A DNA stretch of 64,000 nucleotides from Candidatus Bathyarchaeota archaeon (GTDB taxonomy: Archaea > Thermoproteota > Bathyarchaeia > Bathyarchaeales > Bathycorpusculaceae): contig CAWGYA010000008.1 in the NCBI GenBank assembly GCA_963826715.1, positions 704,001 through 768,000 on the forward strand. Reading direction: 5' to 3'. The translations under genes were made by a program, and so were the position numbers. Every line of letters starts with the position of its first letter. Position 1 is the first letter of the stretch. Below are positions 39,231-49,227 of the stretch, one piece after another. The notes below the pieces were generated by a model. The model worked only from the letters and a program-made list of their open reading frames with translations, was not told the origin of the DNA and made no database searches.

Positions 39231-40376
39231 TTGATGGAAGAAAGAGACAAGGGCATTCAAAGTCACAGTCTCAATAAAACCCCCATTGAACAATCAATCA
39301 TTAACGGTTCCTTTTCTCTAATGGATGGGGCCAGCGCTCAGATACCTGTAATTACACCTGAAATATCTCAACTGAGCAAGATAGCATCTGATAAAAGTCG
39401 ATCGATAGAGGAGCGCTTAGAGAGTTTTGAGATAATTCTTGACTCAGAAGTTGGTGATACCAATCTCACTAGGGGGAAGAATATTGAAAGAGAAATCGGG
39501 CTTAGGCAGATATATTTGAAGTTTGAGGGTGGAAACCCCACTGGCACGCAAAAAGATCGAATCGCATTTGCCCAAGCTTTGGATGCACTTCGAAGAGGCT
39601 TTAACGAAATCACAGTAGCCTCATGCGGCAACTACGGCGCCGCTGTATCACTTGCAGCTTCCCTTTCTGGACTCCGCTGCTTGGTCTACATTCCCCAGAC
39701 CTATCACACGCGTAGAATTAAAGAGATGACTGATTTCGGTGCTGAAATTATTAGGGTCCCGGGAAGTTATGAAGACGCCGTAAATGCTTCTCGGCAAGAT
39801 GCAGAAAAAAAAGGTTACTACGATGCCAACCCAGGAGGTGCTAACACTAACATTCAATTGAAAGCGTACGGCGAAATAGCCTACGAAATTTACGATGAAC
39901 TTCGTGACGCTCCGGCTGTCGTAGCTGTTCCAGTTTCGAATGGATCTACTTTAGCTGGTATCCATAGGGGCTTCGTAAGTCTCTACAATCGCGGAAAGAC
40001 CTCGCGTATTCCACGCTTTGTTGCTGGATCTTCCTTGGGAATGAACCCAATAGTGCAAGCTTTTGTTAAAAACACGTCTTATTGTGCCGACTTAAAGCCT
40101 GAAAAAATCAGAAATACATCCGTCAATGAACCGTTGGTTAATTGGCGATCAATAGACGGTGAAATTGCTCTATCGACTATAAGGCAGACGCGTGGATGGG
40201 CCGCTTTCGCAACAGATAAGAGCATGCAAGACTATGCACGTTTGATTAGAGAGCAAGAAGGTTTAAGTGTGCTACCCGCTTCAACTGCTGGACTTATAGC
40301 ACTTCTGGATAGACATAAAAAGGAACCTTTCCTAGGCGATCGCTATGTCGTTATATTAACGGGAAGAAAAGCGTGA
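39231..40376 (+). CDS. threonine-synthase-like PLP-dependent enzyme, paralogue 2
   Basis: Same motifs as 34025-35149 with long identical blocks (GLRQIYLKFEGGNPTGTQKDRIAF; YGEIAYEIYDELRDAPA; DRYVVILTGRKA). Confidence 0.8.
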   Translation: MMEERDKGIQSHSLNKTPIEQSIINGSFSLMDGASAQIPVITPEISQLSKIASDKSRSIEERLESFEIILDSEVGDTNLTRGKNIEREIGLRQIYLKFEGGNPTGTQKDRIAFAQALDALRRGFNEITVASCGNYGAAVSLAASLSGLRCLVYIPQTYHTRRIKEMTDFGAEIIRVPGSYEDAVNASRQDAEKKGYYDANPGGANTNIQLKAYGEIAYEIYDELRDAPAVVAVPVSNGSTLAGIHRGFVSLYNRGKTSRIPRFVAGSSLGMNPIVQAFVKNTSYCADLKPEKIRNTSVNEPLVNWRSIDGEIALSTIRQTRGWAAFATDKSMQDYARLIREQEGLSVLPASTAGLIALLDRHKKEPFLGDRYVVILTGRKA

Positions 40377-40423
40377 TACCGACTTTTGGGTTGACAGTTG
40401 ATATGAATTGGAGTTATAATTAA

Positions 40424-41491
40424 ATGAAGATAATTCGGGCAGATGCAATACCAGTTGAGTTGGAGTTAAAGGAACCTTTTGCAATTGCTAACGAAACAAT
40501 TGAGGTTGCCGATAATATATTTATACGTTTGGAGACTGAACACGGCCTAATAGGCTGGGGCTGTTCAACCCCGGATATGGTGACCTCTGAAACAAAAGAA
40601 ACAGTGCTAAAGAGTTTTGAAATTGCAAAAAGATATGTTATCGGTTGTGACCCAACAAGAATTAATCTTGTGAATTACGCGTTGGAAAATGATCTTCATG
40701 GCAACCCGTCTCTGAAAGCGAGTGTAAATATGGCTTTGTACGATCTTATCGGAAAAATGGCGGGTATGCCTTTATTCAGGTTATTAGGTGCTTATAGAGA
40801 AAAAATAGAAACATCTGTAACAATAGGATTGAATCCCACAGATTTGATGGTAAAGAAAGCTAAACAGATAGTCTCTGATGGCTTTAAAATAATTAAAATA
40901 AAATGTGGAATTAACCTTGAGAAAGACATAGAGACTATCCTTGCCATTCGAGAAGCGGTTGGTTCAACAATAAAGTTGAGACTTGATGCCAATGAGGGCT
41001 ATTCAGTAGAAGAAGCGCTCAGAATGATAAAAGCTATAGAGGAAAAAGGTGCCGATATAGAGCTGTTGGAACAGCCAACTAAAGCAAGTCACCTTTATTC
41101 CCTGAAGGAAGTTACACACCAAAGCCCCGTTCCAATAATGGCTGATGAAACCGCATTGACTTTAAGAGACAGTGTGAAGCTCTTGAAGCATGAAATTGCA
41201 GACATGATTAACATAAAGTTGATGAAAATTGGTGGGCTAACAAATGCCATTAAAGCTAATGTGCTTGCTGATCTAGCAGGTGTTCCTATTATGGTGGGAT
41301 GCATGAACGAATCAATGGCTGCTATGTCGGCGGGCGTCCACTTTGCTTGCGCTTTTAGAAATGTGCAGTATGCAGATTTAGATTCAGCATTAGACTTTGT
41401 TAACGACGTCGCTAAAGGCGGTGCAAGATATGAAAAAGGCTTCGTGATTCCTTCAGAAAAACCGGGATTAGGCGTCGATGTCCAACTTTGA
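40424..41491 (+). CDS. dipeptide epimerase (L-Ala-D/L-Glu epimerase / DgcA-like, enolase superfamily)
   Basis: KIK, LDANEG, LEQP, MADE, NIKLMKIGG, GCMNES and the DLD motif of dipeptide epimerases. Confidence 0.9.
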   Translation: MKIIRADAIPVELELKEPFAIANETIEVADNIFIRLETEHGLIGWGCSTPDMVTSETKETVLKSFEIAKRYVIGCDPTRINLVNYALENDLHGNPSLKASVNMALYDLIGKMAGMPLFRLLGAYREKIETSVTIGLNPTDLMVKKAKQIVSDGFKIIKIKCGINLEKDIETILAIREAVGSTIKLRLDANEGYSVEEALRMIKAIEEKGADIELLEQPTKASHLYSLKEVTHQSPVPIMADETALTLRDSVKLLKHEIADMINIKLMKIGGLTNAIKANVLADLAGVPIMVGCMNESMAAMSAGVHFACAFRNVQYADLDSALDFVNDVAKGGARYEKGFVIPSEKPGLGVDVQL

Positions 41492-42840
41492 GCAACAACT
41501 ATTTCGCTAAAATATTAGAAGAAGTCCCAAATTATAGTGGATTCTTGAAGGTAAATGAGATTGAGGCTCTTGAGGACAGTTTAAAACAGTATTCATCAGT
41601 TAAGCAGATAACAATTGGTAAGACAGCTGAAAACAAACCGCTCAAAATGTTTACTATGGGTAAGGGAGAGAAAACCGGACTGATAATTGGGGTACCTCAC
41701 AGTGATGAACCTTTAGGTAGCCTAGTAACGACTTATTTTATTGATTGGATGGCAAAGCATTCAGAAGCAAATTTTTTTGGCTGGAGATGGTTAATAATTC
41801 CTATGCTTGAGCAACGTGGGATGCGAATGAATGAAGGATGGTTCAGCAATATCTCCTCGCTTGTTGACACTGCAAAATCCTATTTCCGAGAACCAACCGA
41901 AAACCAGTATGAATGGACATTTCCTTTTGAATATAAAAACTATAAGTGGGTGCAGTCAAGACCTGAATCAAGTGCGATAAAAGAAGTCATTAAAAAGGAA
42001 AAACCAGACCTCTTATACACTCTGCATCATTGCGGTTATTATGATACATACTTTTACCTTAGCAGGTCGCTTCCAAAAGCTTATCCGAGATTGAGGAAGT
42101 TATCCTGTGATTTGGGGTTGGCTCTTTCCACTTCTAGTCCGGATGTTCCTTTCGGTAAAACCTTGGAGCCTGGTTTCTATCAAATGTATGGTTTAAAAGA
42201 TTACATTGATTACTATTCTAAGCACGAACCGGACAACCTCTTAACTATGAGGCGAGGTGCAAACAGTGACGAATGGTACCAGAATATAGTTGGCGGTTTT
42301 AGTTTCAATTGTGAAGTTCCGCTTTTTTGTTCATCAATGAAAACAGACTCAAAATCTTCTGATCGCAAACTAAAACAGTTACTTCAAAATAGCAGAAAAA
42401 AAACAGCAAACACCATTGAATATTGCATAAACTTGTTAAATACGTTGGAACCTTTTTTTAGCCTTTCTGATCCTGTACTTTTGGGTTCAGTGCTTAAAAA
42501 TGTGGCGAACGCCAAATTAGAATTAGAAAATACAGCCTTAGAGATAGACGAGGAAAAAGATCCCAACGCTACTAACTACGAGGTTTTCGAAAACGACTTA
42601 ATGGTTGATATTGCTGATTTGCTCCTGATAGGTCAGGTCTGGCGTGTAACAGAAAATATTCACCGCAATATCAATGATGGCAAAAATGACTATATGCTTG
42701 AGAGAATCGACCAAAAAATAAAGGGCCTTGCCAAAAAGATAGATAAACGAGGCGAATTCAAGCCAATTCCTATTCAAAAATTAGTTAAAATGCAGTTAGG
42801 TAGTCTTCTGATTATTGCTGATGTTCTATCAAGTATTTAA
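41488..42840 (+). CDS. M14-family zinc carboxypeptidase/amidohydrolase
   Basis: IG.T.E..P, HSDE (HxxE), TLHH, CEVP; overlaps the epimerase stop. Confidence 0.78.
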   Translation: MSNNYFAKILEEVPNYSGFLKVNEIEALEDSLKQYSSVKQITIGKTAENKPLKMFTMGKGEKTGLIIGVPHSDEPLGSLVTTYFIDWMAKHSEANFFGWRWLIIPMLEQRGMRMNEGWFSNISSLVDTAKSYFREPTENQYEWTFPFEYKNYKWVQSRPESSAIKEVIKKEKPDLLYTLHHCGYYDTYFYLSRSLPKAYPRLRKLSCDLGLALSTSSPDVPFGKTLEPGFYQMYGLKDYIDYYSKHEPDNLLTMRRGANSDEWYQNIVGGFSFNCEVPLFCSSMKTDSKSSDRKLKQLLQNSRKKTANTIEYCINLLNTLEPFFSLSDPVLLGSVLKNVANAKLELENTALEIDEEKDPNATNYEVFENDLMVDIADLLLIGQVWRVTENIHRNINDGKNDYMLERIDQKIKGLAKKIDKRGEFKPIPIQKLVKMQLGSLLIIADVLSSI

Positions 42841-43057
42841 TTCGATTGATGACTGTTCCAAAAACTCATTTGTTTGGTACATGTTCGATTAAGGAGTATA
42901 TATTTAGCGTGTATTTTTCAAAGAATTTAAAAAGCTTAGTTTTTTGATAAACTGAACTTTTGTAGCATTGTTTTTCTTAAAAGTATGGTAAAACAAGCCG
43001 TATTTCGATGTTAAATAATTTGATGTGTTAAAAAGTATAAAAAGAAAAAATTGAGGT

Positions 43058-44128
43058 TTATTGTACGTCTTTGAATATCCAGTTCATATCTGGACCTTTC
43101 CGTTTGTCTGGAACGCGGTCAGCCAATGCATGGCAGATGAGTGGCAATGCAATGGTTGCGTCGCAGTAGCACACTGCGCGGGTTCCGGTTTGGCTGTTGA
43201 TTTTGCCCCAGCTAATAGCTTCTTCCAACGTGCAGCCAGATAAGCCTCCCCATTGCGGAGAGTCAGTTGTGATTTGGATGGCGTATTTGTGCGGGTAATA
43301 GTACTCTTGTAGGCTTTTGCGTAGTCCGCCTTTTCTGCCCTGTACCCCTTTGTCTTCAGTCATTGGGCTGACGGATATGGCGATGAGTTGTGTGAGGTCT
43401 TTGGGGACGCCTCCACCGAGGTAGACCACCCCAACTTCTTTGGTTTTGGTTCCGATGCTCACGAACTGGTCAAATTCTTTGACGCTGTCTATATGGACCA
43501 TGTGTCCCTGATTTTTTGCCAAAAGGAAAGTTTCGCCGTAGGCGCTGTCCACCATGGCTGGGCTGAAAATTGGAACTTCATTAGCTGCGGCGACTGCAGA
43601 TATAGCTGGGATGTTTTTTTTGCCCAAGTACTTGCCTAGAAGGTAAAGAAACTCGGCTGAGGTGTAGTTATAGTCAGTTTTGCATGTCATGACAAAGTCA
43701 GTGACGAGTTCTTCCATTTTGCGGTAGTCGGTTTCTTTCCCGAATACGTCGTAGTAGCGGTTAACATCGGCGTTGAGTAGTTCCTCGTCGTTGACCATGT
43801 GGCTGCCTTGATAGTAACCAAGTCCCATAGCGTCCACAATATCCTCAGACACGTTGGCGCCTGTAGAGACGAGGACGTCGATAAAGCGGTTTTCCATAAG
43901 CCAATTGATTATGGTCCACTGCCCCGCCGTGGACATGGAGCCTGCGAACCCCATTGCAATGACTGTATCTTTCTCTTTAATCATGTTCTCCCAGACATCA
44001 ACGGCTTCTCCTAGTTTGCGTCCTTGATAGGCTGTTTTGCCCATTTCTTTGAGAAGTTGTGAAATATTTTTTTGTTTGGTAACCTTGATTGGCTCAAGTT
44101 TCTTTTGGAAATATAAATCTTCACTCAT
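43058..44128 (-). CDS. second deoxyhypusine-synthase-like protein (possibly polyamine/homospermidine synthesis)
   Basis: YQGRKLG, AGSMSTAG, STGAN, RYYD, DSAYG, GGGVPKD, GGLSGCTLEEAISWGK, CDATIALP. Confidence 0.85.
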   Translation of the reverse strand: MSEDLYFQKKLEPIKVTKQKNISQLLKEMGKTAYQGRKLGEAVDVWENMIKEKDTVIAMGFAGSMSTAGQWTIINWLMENRFIDVLVSTGANVSEDIVDAMGLGYYQGSHMVNDEELLNADVNRYYDVFGKETDYRKMEELVTDFVMTCKTDYNYTSAEFLYLLGKYLGKKNIPAISAVAAANEVPIFSPAMVDSAYGETFLLAKNQGHMVHIDSVKEFDQFVSIGTKTKEVGVVYLGGGVPKDLTQLIAISVSPMTEDKGVQGRKGGLRKSLQEYYYPHKYAIQITTDSPQWGGLSGCTLEEAISWGKINSQTGTRAVCYCDATIALPLICHALADRVPDKRKGPDMNWIFKDVQ

Positions 44129-44344
44129 TGTTAATGTGCACCTGTCGTTTTATGTTATTAGGCTGGTATTTGAAATTTGTCATTGTCAAAAAACATCCAC
44201 TAATTACTGCTTTCTGTTAGTGCCTCTATAGGCTCTATGATGTGTTAGTCGATTGGATGTTTTCAACATCGTTTGCATGTTAAAACGCAAGTTTTTGTCT
44301 AAATAAAGAAGGGTATAAGTTGTAGATAAAAACAGAAATGTATT

Positions 44345-46303
44345 CTACATTTTTTCTGGCGCGACTACACCTATGAGATTTAGCGCGTTTTTCATAATGG
44401 TTTGGATGGCTCGGGTGAGCGCTAGACGTGCTTCGCATAACTGCTGTGAATCCGCTTTGAGTACGGGGTAGGCGTTGTAGAAGGTGTTGAATTTATCAGC
44501 TAATGCGTTGGCGTAGTCAGCTATCAGGTTGGGTTTCAAGTATTCGGTGGCTTCGATGAAAATGTCAGGGAACCCAGCTAGGTTCAGAATTAGTTCCTTT
44601 TCTAGCCGTTCCGATAGCAAACTGAACTCGGGGTCGTCGGGTTCTTTTGTCGCTTTTCGCAGTATGCTACAGGCGCGTGCATGAGTGTACTGTACGTATG
44701 GGGCGCTGTTGGTTTCAAAGTTAAGTACCCGTTCCCAAGTGAATACCACAGGCTTACCTGAATCAACATCCACCAATGCATAACGCACAGCGCCTAATCC
44801 GACGAAATCTGCAATTTTGCTTTTCTCTGCCTCAGAGAGCGTAGGTGAGCGCTTGGAAACTTCCTCGTATGCACGTCTCACTGCTTCATCTAGTACTTCG
44901 TCAAAGGTTATATAGTGTCCACGGCGACTGCTCATTTTGTAACCTGGTAACGTGACGAGGTTGTAGGCAAAATGCACTAGATTCTCTGCTTCTTTGCTAT
45001 AGCCCATGGCGTAGAGCGCCAATTTCAGCTGCAACTGCGCCAATGACTGCTCCATACCGATGACGTTGATTACTTTATTTGAATGCTTGAATTTCCAGAT
45101 GGTGTAGGCGATGTCGCGGGTGGTGTAGAGTGTTGTCCCATCGGCGCGTACCAGCGTAAGCGGCGGGACCTCATTGTTATCGCTTAAGCCCAATTTTTCT
45201 TTTAGGTCAAGAACTTGAGTCACCTGGTTAGCGTCAAATTGGAGGACCCCTTTTTCATTGAAAATAAATGGAGTTGTTTTTAAACGCGTCATAACCTCGT
45301 TAACCTGAGGTGTCCAGACAAAATCACTTTCCCAATCCCACGAGTCATATGTTACGCCAATACGCTTCATGGTCTGCCGGAAACCTTCTAAACAAAGATC
45401 GCTAACTTCACGTATAAGCTTCTTTGCTGCTGGGGCTCCGTCTTCGTAGGCGCGGTTGAGACGGTTGATTTCATCTTCTGGGTTTTGATCTTCGCTTATT
45501 TTTGTTAGTAGTTCTTCGAAGAGAATTGGATACTTTTCTTTGAGTTCCGCAGCGATTGCAACCCATTCATCAAGTTCCTTGTTTGCCTTGGCTAAGTCAT
45601 CGGAGTTTTGGGCTGTAGCTGTTTGTTCTCTGATTCTTTTGAGGCGGTTAATTTCAACGATGCATGAAGTGACAGTGTAGATTTTGCCTACAAACAAGTC
45701 AGCTTTTTCGGTGGGTTGAGGTCTGCCTAATTTGGCATAACCATATGCTACTACGCTAGATTGACGTCCCACGTCGTCAATGTAGTAGTGCCGAGAAACA
45801 TCATGCCCCCTATTCTGTAGGATGCGTGCCAGGGCGTCTCCGAGCATTGGGTTTCGGGCTTGACCAATGTGAATAGGATGCAATGGGTTAACGCTAGTGT
45901 GCTCAACAATGATTTTTTGTGGCTCAGTAGTCTTCACAAAGCCGTATTCATCTTTTAGATGCTTGATGGATTTTAGGGTAAGTGCGCCGAATTTGGCGAA
46001 GTTAAGATGGAAATTTATGTATCCTGCACCTGCGGCTTCGACTTTTTCTATGAGGTCAAAATCTGATTGATCAATATTGGCGACCATATCCTGTGCAAGA
46101 GCAAGAGGTTTCTTGGTGAGTTTTTTTGCCAGTTCAAAACATAGGGAAGTCGCAAGTTGCCCATAGTCAATATTGGGTGTTTTTTTGAGGGTGATTTTAA
46201 GCTGTTTGATTTCAGGTAGGGTCTTTTGTATGGCGTTTGCTAGTAGGTTTTGGCATTCTTGGCGAAAGAGTTCAAAGGGGTTTTGGGCAATCATTATTTC
46301 CAA
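44345..46303 (-). CDS. argS: arginyl-tRNA synthetase
   Basis: VEHTSVNP..HIGQARN (HIGH), RADGTTLYTTRD, KMSSRRG, YVQYTHARACSIL, PEKM. Confidence 0.97.
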   Translation of the reverse strand: MEIMIAQNPFELFRQECQNLLANAIQKTLPEIKQLKITLKKTPNIDYGQLATSLCFELAKKLTKKPLALAQDMVANIDQSDFDLIEKVEAAGAGYINFHLNFAKFGALTLKSIKHLKDEYGFVKTTEPQKIIVEHTSVNPLHPIHIGQARNPMLGDALARILQNRGHDVSRHYYIDDVGRQSSVVAYGYAKLGRPQPTEKADLFVGKIYTVTSCIVEINRLKRIREQTATAQNSDDLAKANKELDEWVAIAAELKEKYPILFEELLTKISEDQNPEDEINRLNRAYEDGAPAAKKLIREVSDLCLEGFRQTMKRIGVTYDSWDWESDFVWTPQVNEVMTRLKTTPFIFNEKGVLQFDANQVTQVLDLKEKLGLSDNNEVPPLTLVRADGTTLYTTRDIAYTIWKFKHSNKVINVIGMEQSLAQLQLKLALYAMGYSKEAENLVHFAYNLVTLPGYKMSSRRGHYITFDEVLDEAVRRAYEEVSKRSPTLSEAEKSKIADFVGLGAVRYALVDVDSGKPVVFTWERVLNFETNSAPYVQYTHARACSILRKATKEPDDPEFSLLSERLEKELILNLAGFPDIFIEATEYLKPNLIADYANALADKFNTFYNAYPVLKADSQQLCEARLALTRAIQTIMKNALNLIGVVAPEKM

Positions 46304-46385
46304 CCTTATTTGGGCAGTTAGACACTGTTAAACGTTATATTTTAAATGGGATGCTACATTTATGTGTCTGTTGGATGCAATCTCG

Positions 46386-47234
46386 ATGAAGACAAAGATA
46401 GTCTATTCTGAGAAGTGTTTAGGCTATGGAACGTGGCATATTGAGGGTCCGCAACGAGTAAAAATTGCTCATGATGTCTTAAAAGAAAAAGGCTACGAAT
46501 TCGTGGACCCCATAGCTGCAACTGAAGACGAAATCCTATCAGTTCATGATATGGAATATATCTGGAACCTGAAAAAGGGGCTTGTGGAAGACTCTGACAC
46601 ACCAGCTTATGATAATATCTTTGAAGTTGCCAGGTTATCAGTCGGCGGCGCTTTAATGGCGAGTAGGATCAACGGTTTCTCTATAACACGTCCACCAGGA
46701 CACCATGTAGGCAAATATGGTAGTGCCTTGGGTTCTTACACTCGGGGATTCTGCTACCTAAATAACATAGCTATAGCCGTCAAGCAACTGGGGAAAAAGA
46801 CTCTGATTTTAGATATTGATGGACACCATGGCAATGGTACGCAGGAAGTTTTTCTCGGCAAATCAAATGTAACGTATGTTTCGTTGCATCAATCCCCCAA
46901 TTACCCTGGTACAGGAAGCTTTTCTGAGAAAAACTGTATTAACTATGCCCTACCGCCGGATGTAGGGGGCAAAGTTTACTTGGAAACCTTATCTAAGGCT
47001 CTGGGGTTGGTTGATTTACGTAACTTTGAGGTTTTGGCAGTTTCTACGGGATTTGACACTCACAGTGGTGACTTAGCGACTCTGGGGTTGGTTGGACAAG
47101 ATTTCTTTGATATCGGCAAAAAAATTGCTTTGCTTGGGTTACCTGCTTTTTTTGTTTTGGAAGGCGGCTACAATGGACAAAATGTTGGGTTAGATATTGA
47201 TTTGTTGTTGAGGGGCTTTGAAGAAAACTTATAA
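46386..47234 (+). CDS. histone deacetylase family protein
   Basis: RPPGHH, GFCYLNN, DIDGHHGNGTQ, SLHQ..YPGTG, GFDTH..D, LEGGY. Confidence 0.92.
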   Translation: MKTKIVYSEKCLGYGTWHIEGPQRVKIAHDVLKEKGYEFVDPIAATEDEILSVHDMEYIWNLKKGLVEDSDTPAYDNIFEVARLSVGGALMASRINGFSITRPPGHHVGKYGSALGSYTRGFCYLNNIAIAVKQLGKKTLILDIDGHHGNGTQEVFLGKSNVTYVSLHQSPNYPGTGSFSEKNCINYALPPDVGGKVYLETLSKALGLVDLRNFEVLAVSTGFDTHSGDLATLGLVGQDFFDIGKKIALLGLPAFFVLEGGYNGQNVGLDIDLLLRGFEENL

Positions 47235-47257
47235 AACTATAGAAAAGTGAGAAGATT

Positions 47258-47881
47258 TTACTCTTCTTTTTGTTCTCTTTTCGCCATTGCCTTCTGGTTA
47301 AGGGCTTCAAGTTTTTCTGAGATTTTCTCTGATCGCTTCTCTGCGTTTGCAAGTAGGGGCTTCCAGTCTTTGCTTTTGACTGTTTGGCTGAGTTTCTCGC
47401 TCTGCAGAGGCAGCTTCTCTAGGGCATCGTTGAAGCGTTTTTCTGCTTCCTCGTCTGATGTCACCAGTTCTAAGGCTTCTTCTGGGCAGGATTCAATACA
47501 CTTGGGTTCGCCTTCGCAAAGGTTACATGCGATGGCTTTGCCTGTTTCTGCATGAAGCGTGATCCCCCCGTGTGGGCAAGCTTGAATACACCAATCGCAG
47601 CCTTTGCATTTCTTCTCATCGATAATAAGAAGGCTGTTAACTGCTGATTGGGTGATGGCTCCTTCAGGACATGCTTTAACGCAGCGTGCGTCAACGCATC
47701 CTCGACACGTCAGTGCAAAATTGAAGACAGGTGCCATGCGAACAACTCGGATTCTGCTACGAATAGGGTTCCAGATACCTTCGCCTTTTTCTACTGTGCA
47801 GGCGTACTCGCAGATGCCACAGCCGATGCATTTGCTGGGGTCAACTGAAACAAATTTTCTGGGAGGATTTTTAGCCGACAT
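47258..47881 (-). CDS. 4Fe-4S dicluster (DmsB/HycB-like) protein with C-terminal helical extension
   Basis: CxxCxxCxxxC, CxxC....C...CP, CxxCxxCxxxCP, CxxC....C...CP. Confidence 0.88.
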   Translation of the reverse strand: MSAKNPPRKFVSVDPSKCIGCGICEYACTVEKGEGIWNPIRSRIRVVRMAPVFNFALTCRGCVDARCVKACPEGAITQSAVNSLLIIDEKKCKGCDWCIQACPHGGITLHAETGKAIACNLCEGEPKCIESCPEEALELVTSDEEAEKRFNDALEKLPLQSEKLSQTVKSKDWKPLLANAEKRSEKISEKLEALNQKAMAKREQKEE

Positions 47882-48008
47882 TGTAACCAAACCTTTGGTG
47901 TAAAGTAACACTGTGCAACATTTGCTTTTATGCGTTACTTAAAAAAAGGAATGTTTTGATGGAAAATCCATAGATGAACAAGGGAAATTGGTATTTGAGA
48001 GCTGTTTA

Positions 48009-48212
48009 TTATTTTTGTTTATAGTCTGGAGATACTTGGGAGTGGAGTTTGCCTCCGCTTGCCCAGTTCTCCTTTGGAATTTCTACAATCATTATGGTGG
48101 TGGCTTGGTTTGGGATCCCCATGTCGGTGAAGACTTGGGTTATTCCTTCGACAATTTTTTGTTTATTTTGGGGCGTCATGCCTGCCCAGACATTAACCTG
48201 CACAAAAGGCAC
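48009..48212 (-). CDS. 4-oxalocrotonate tautomerase family protein
   Basis: GTG start gives (M)PFVQV with catalytic Pro1; KQKIVEGIT, EIPKENWASGG. Confidence 0.85.
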   Translation of the reverse strand: MPFVQVNVWAGMTPQNKQKIVEGITQVFTDMGIPNQATTIMIVEIPKENWASGGKLHSQVSPDYKQK

Positions 48213-48270
48213 ATAAATCACCAATAATGTCAAAGGTGGCAAGACAGATTAATTTTTCTAGTTCTATGCT

Positions 48271-48861
48271 TTAGCTTAGAGGTGGAGGATGCTGTTCTGG
48301 CGACTGCTTGCCGAAGTATTCATCGGTTATTTGTTTTAGGTGCTCTCTTTGGCTTTTCCGTTTTCTGCGACATCGGTAGTCGATGCCAAACATAAGTACG
48401 TATGGTATCGACAGGTAGAAGGTGGCAAAGATTAGGTTGGTGAACAGTTGAGTATATGGATTAGAGAGGAGGATTGCGGAGTTAGATAGGTCAAAACCAT
48501 ATGATGAATAAAAAAAGTCAATCAGCACGAACCCAGTCAACGTCAAAGATAGGCATACAATGAATTGTACAAATACACTGCGCTCTTTACCCAGAATCAA
48601 GCCAGGTATGATTGAGGATAAAACAAATACCCACGCAAACGCATAGACGAAAATAACTGTATCGATATGGGAATTAAGCCATAGCCCCAAAAGAGGTGTA
48701 TAGGTAACAAGGGAACCTACAACGGTTTCAACGGCTGTTTTCGTGAAGATTTGATAGCTAACCAATAAAGCCCAAGCTACCGATAGATACGCGGGAGTTA
48801 TCAAAGCAGTTTTGACCACGTAAGACACTCCTAAATTGATATGTTTATAGGGCAACGCCAA
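48271..48861 (-). CDS. hypothetical membrane protein (about 4 TM)
   Basis: Hydrophobic segments and basic C-terminal stop-transfer RCRRKRK; start uncertain. Confidence 0.6.
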   Translation of the reverse strand: MALPYKHINLGVSYVVKTALITPAYLSVAWALLVSYQIFTKTAVETVVGSLVTYTPLLGLWLNSHIDTVIFVYAFAWVFVLSSIIPGLILGKERSVFVQFIVCLSLTLTGFVLIDFFYSSYGFDLSNSAILLSNPYTQLFTNLIFATFYLSIPYVLMFGIDYRCRRKRKSQREHLKQITDEYFGKQSPEQHPPPLS

Positions 48862-49227
48862 TTATTAACTTATCTCTTAAGATATGGTAAACTGTCTCTG
48901 ATTATAGGTTTTGGCGAGAGTTATCCGCATTATAGTTTTCACATCTTCAAAACGGTTTCGTCAAGAACAAATGGCGACCGGAAAAATTATGGTATACAAG
49001 CACAGTTCAATCCCCAAGTCGCCTCACCTATGGCTAAACAACTTAAACCTTAGGCAACAACATAATATCTATCTACCACAAAAATCAACAACCCCGAAGA
49101 CTCTTCACTACATGAAAACTTAAGGTTGGCGTCAATACACTATATACATGTTAATCATTCTGATTGGCTGAATCAAAATGTCATCTTAACTAAAATGCGA
49201 AAAAGGAAACTTTGTTGGCATAACGGT

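Noticed and set aside
48841-49123. Short + strand ORFs (also 33792-33980 and 28684-28935)
   Set aside because: No motifs, atypical composition and no supporting SD or operon context
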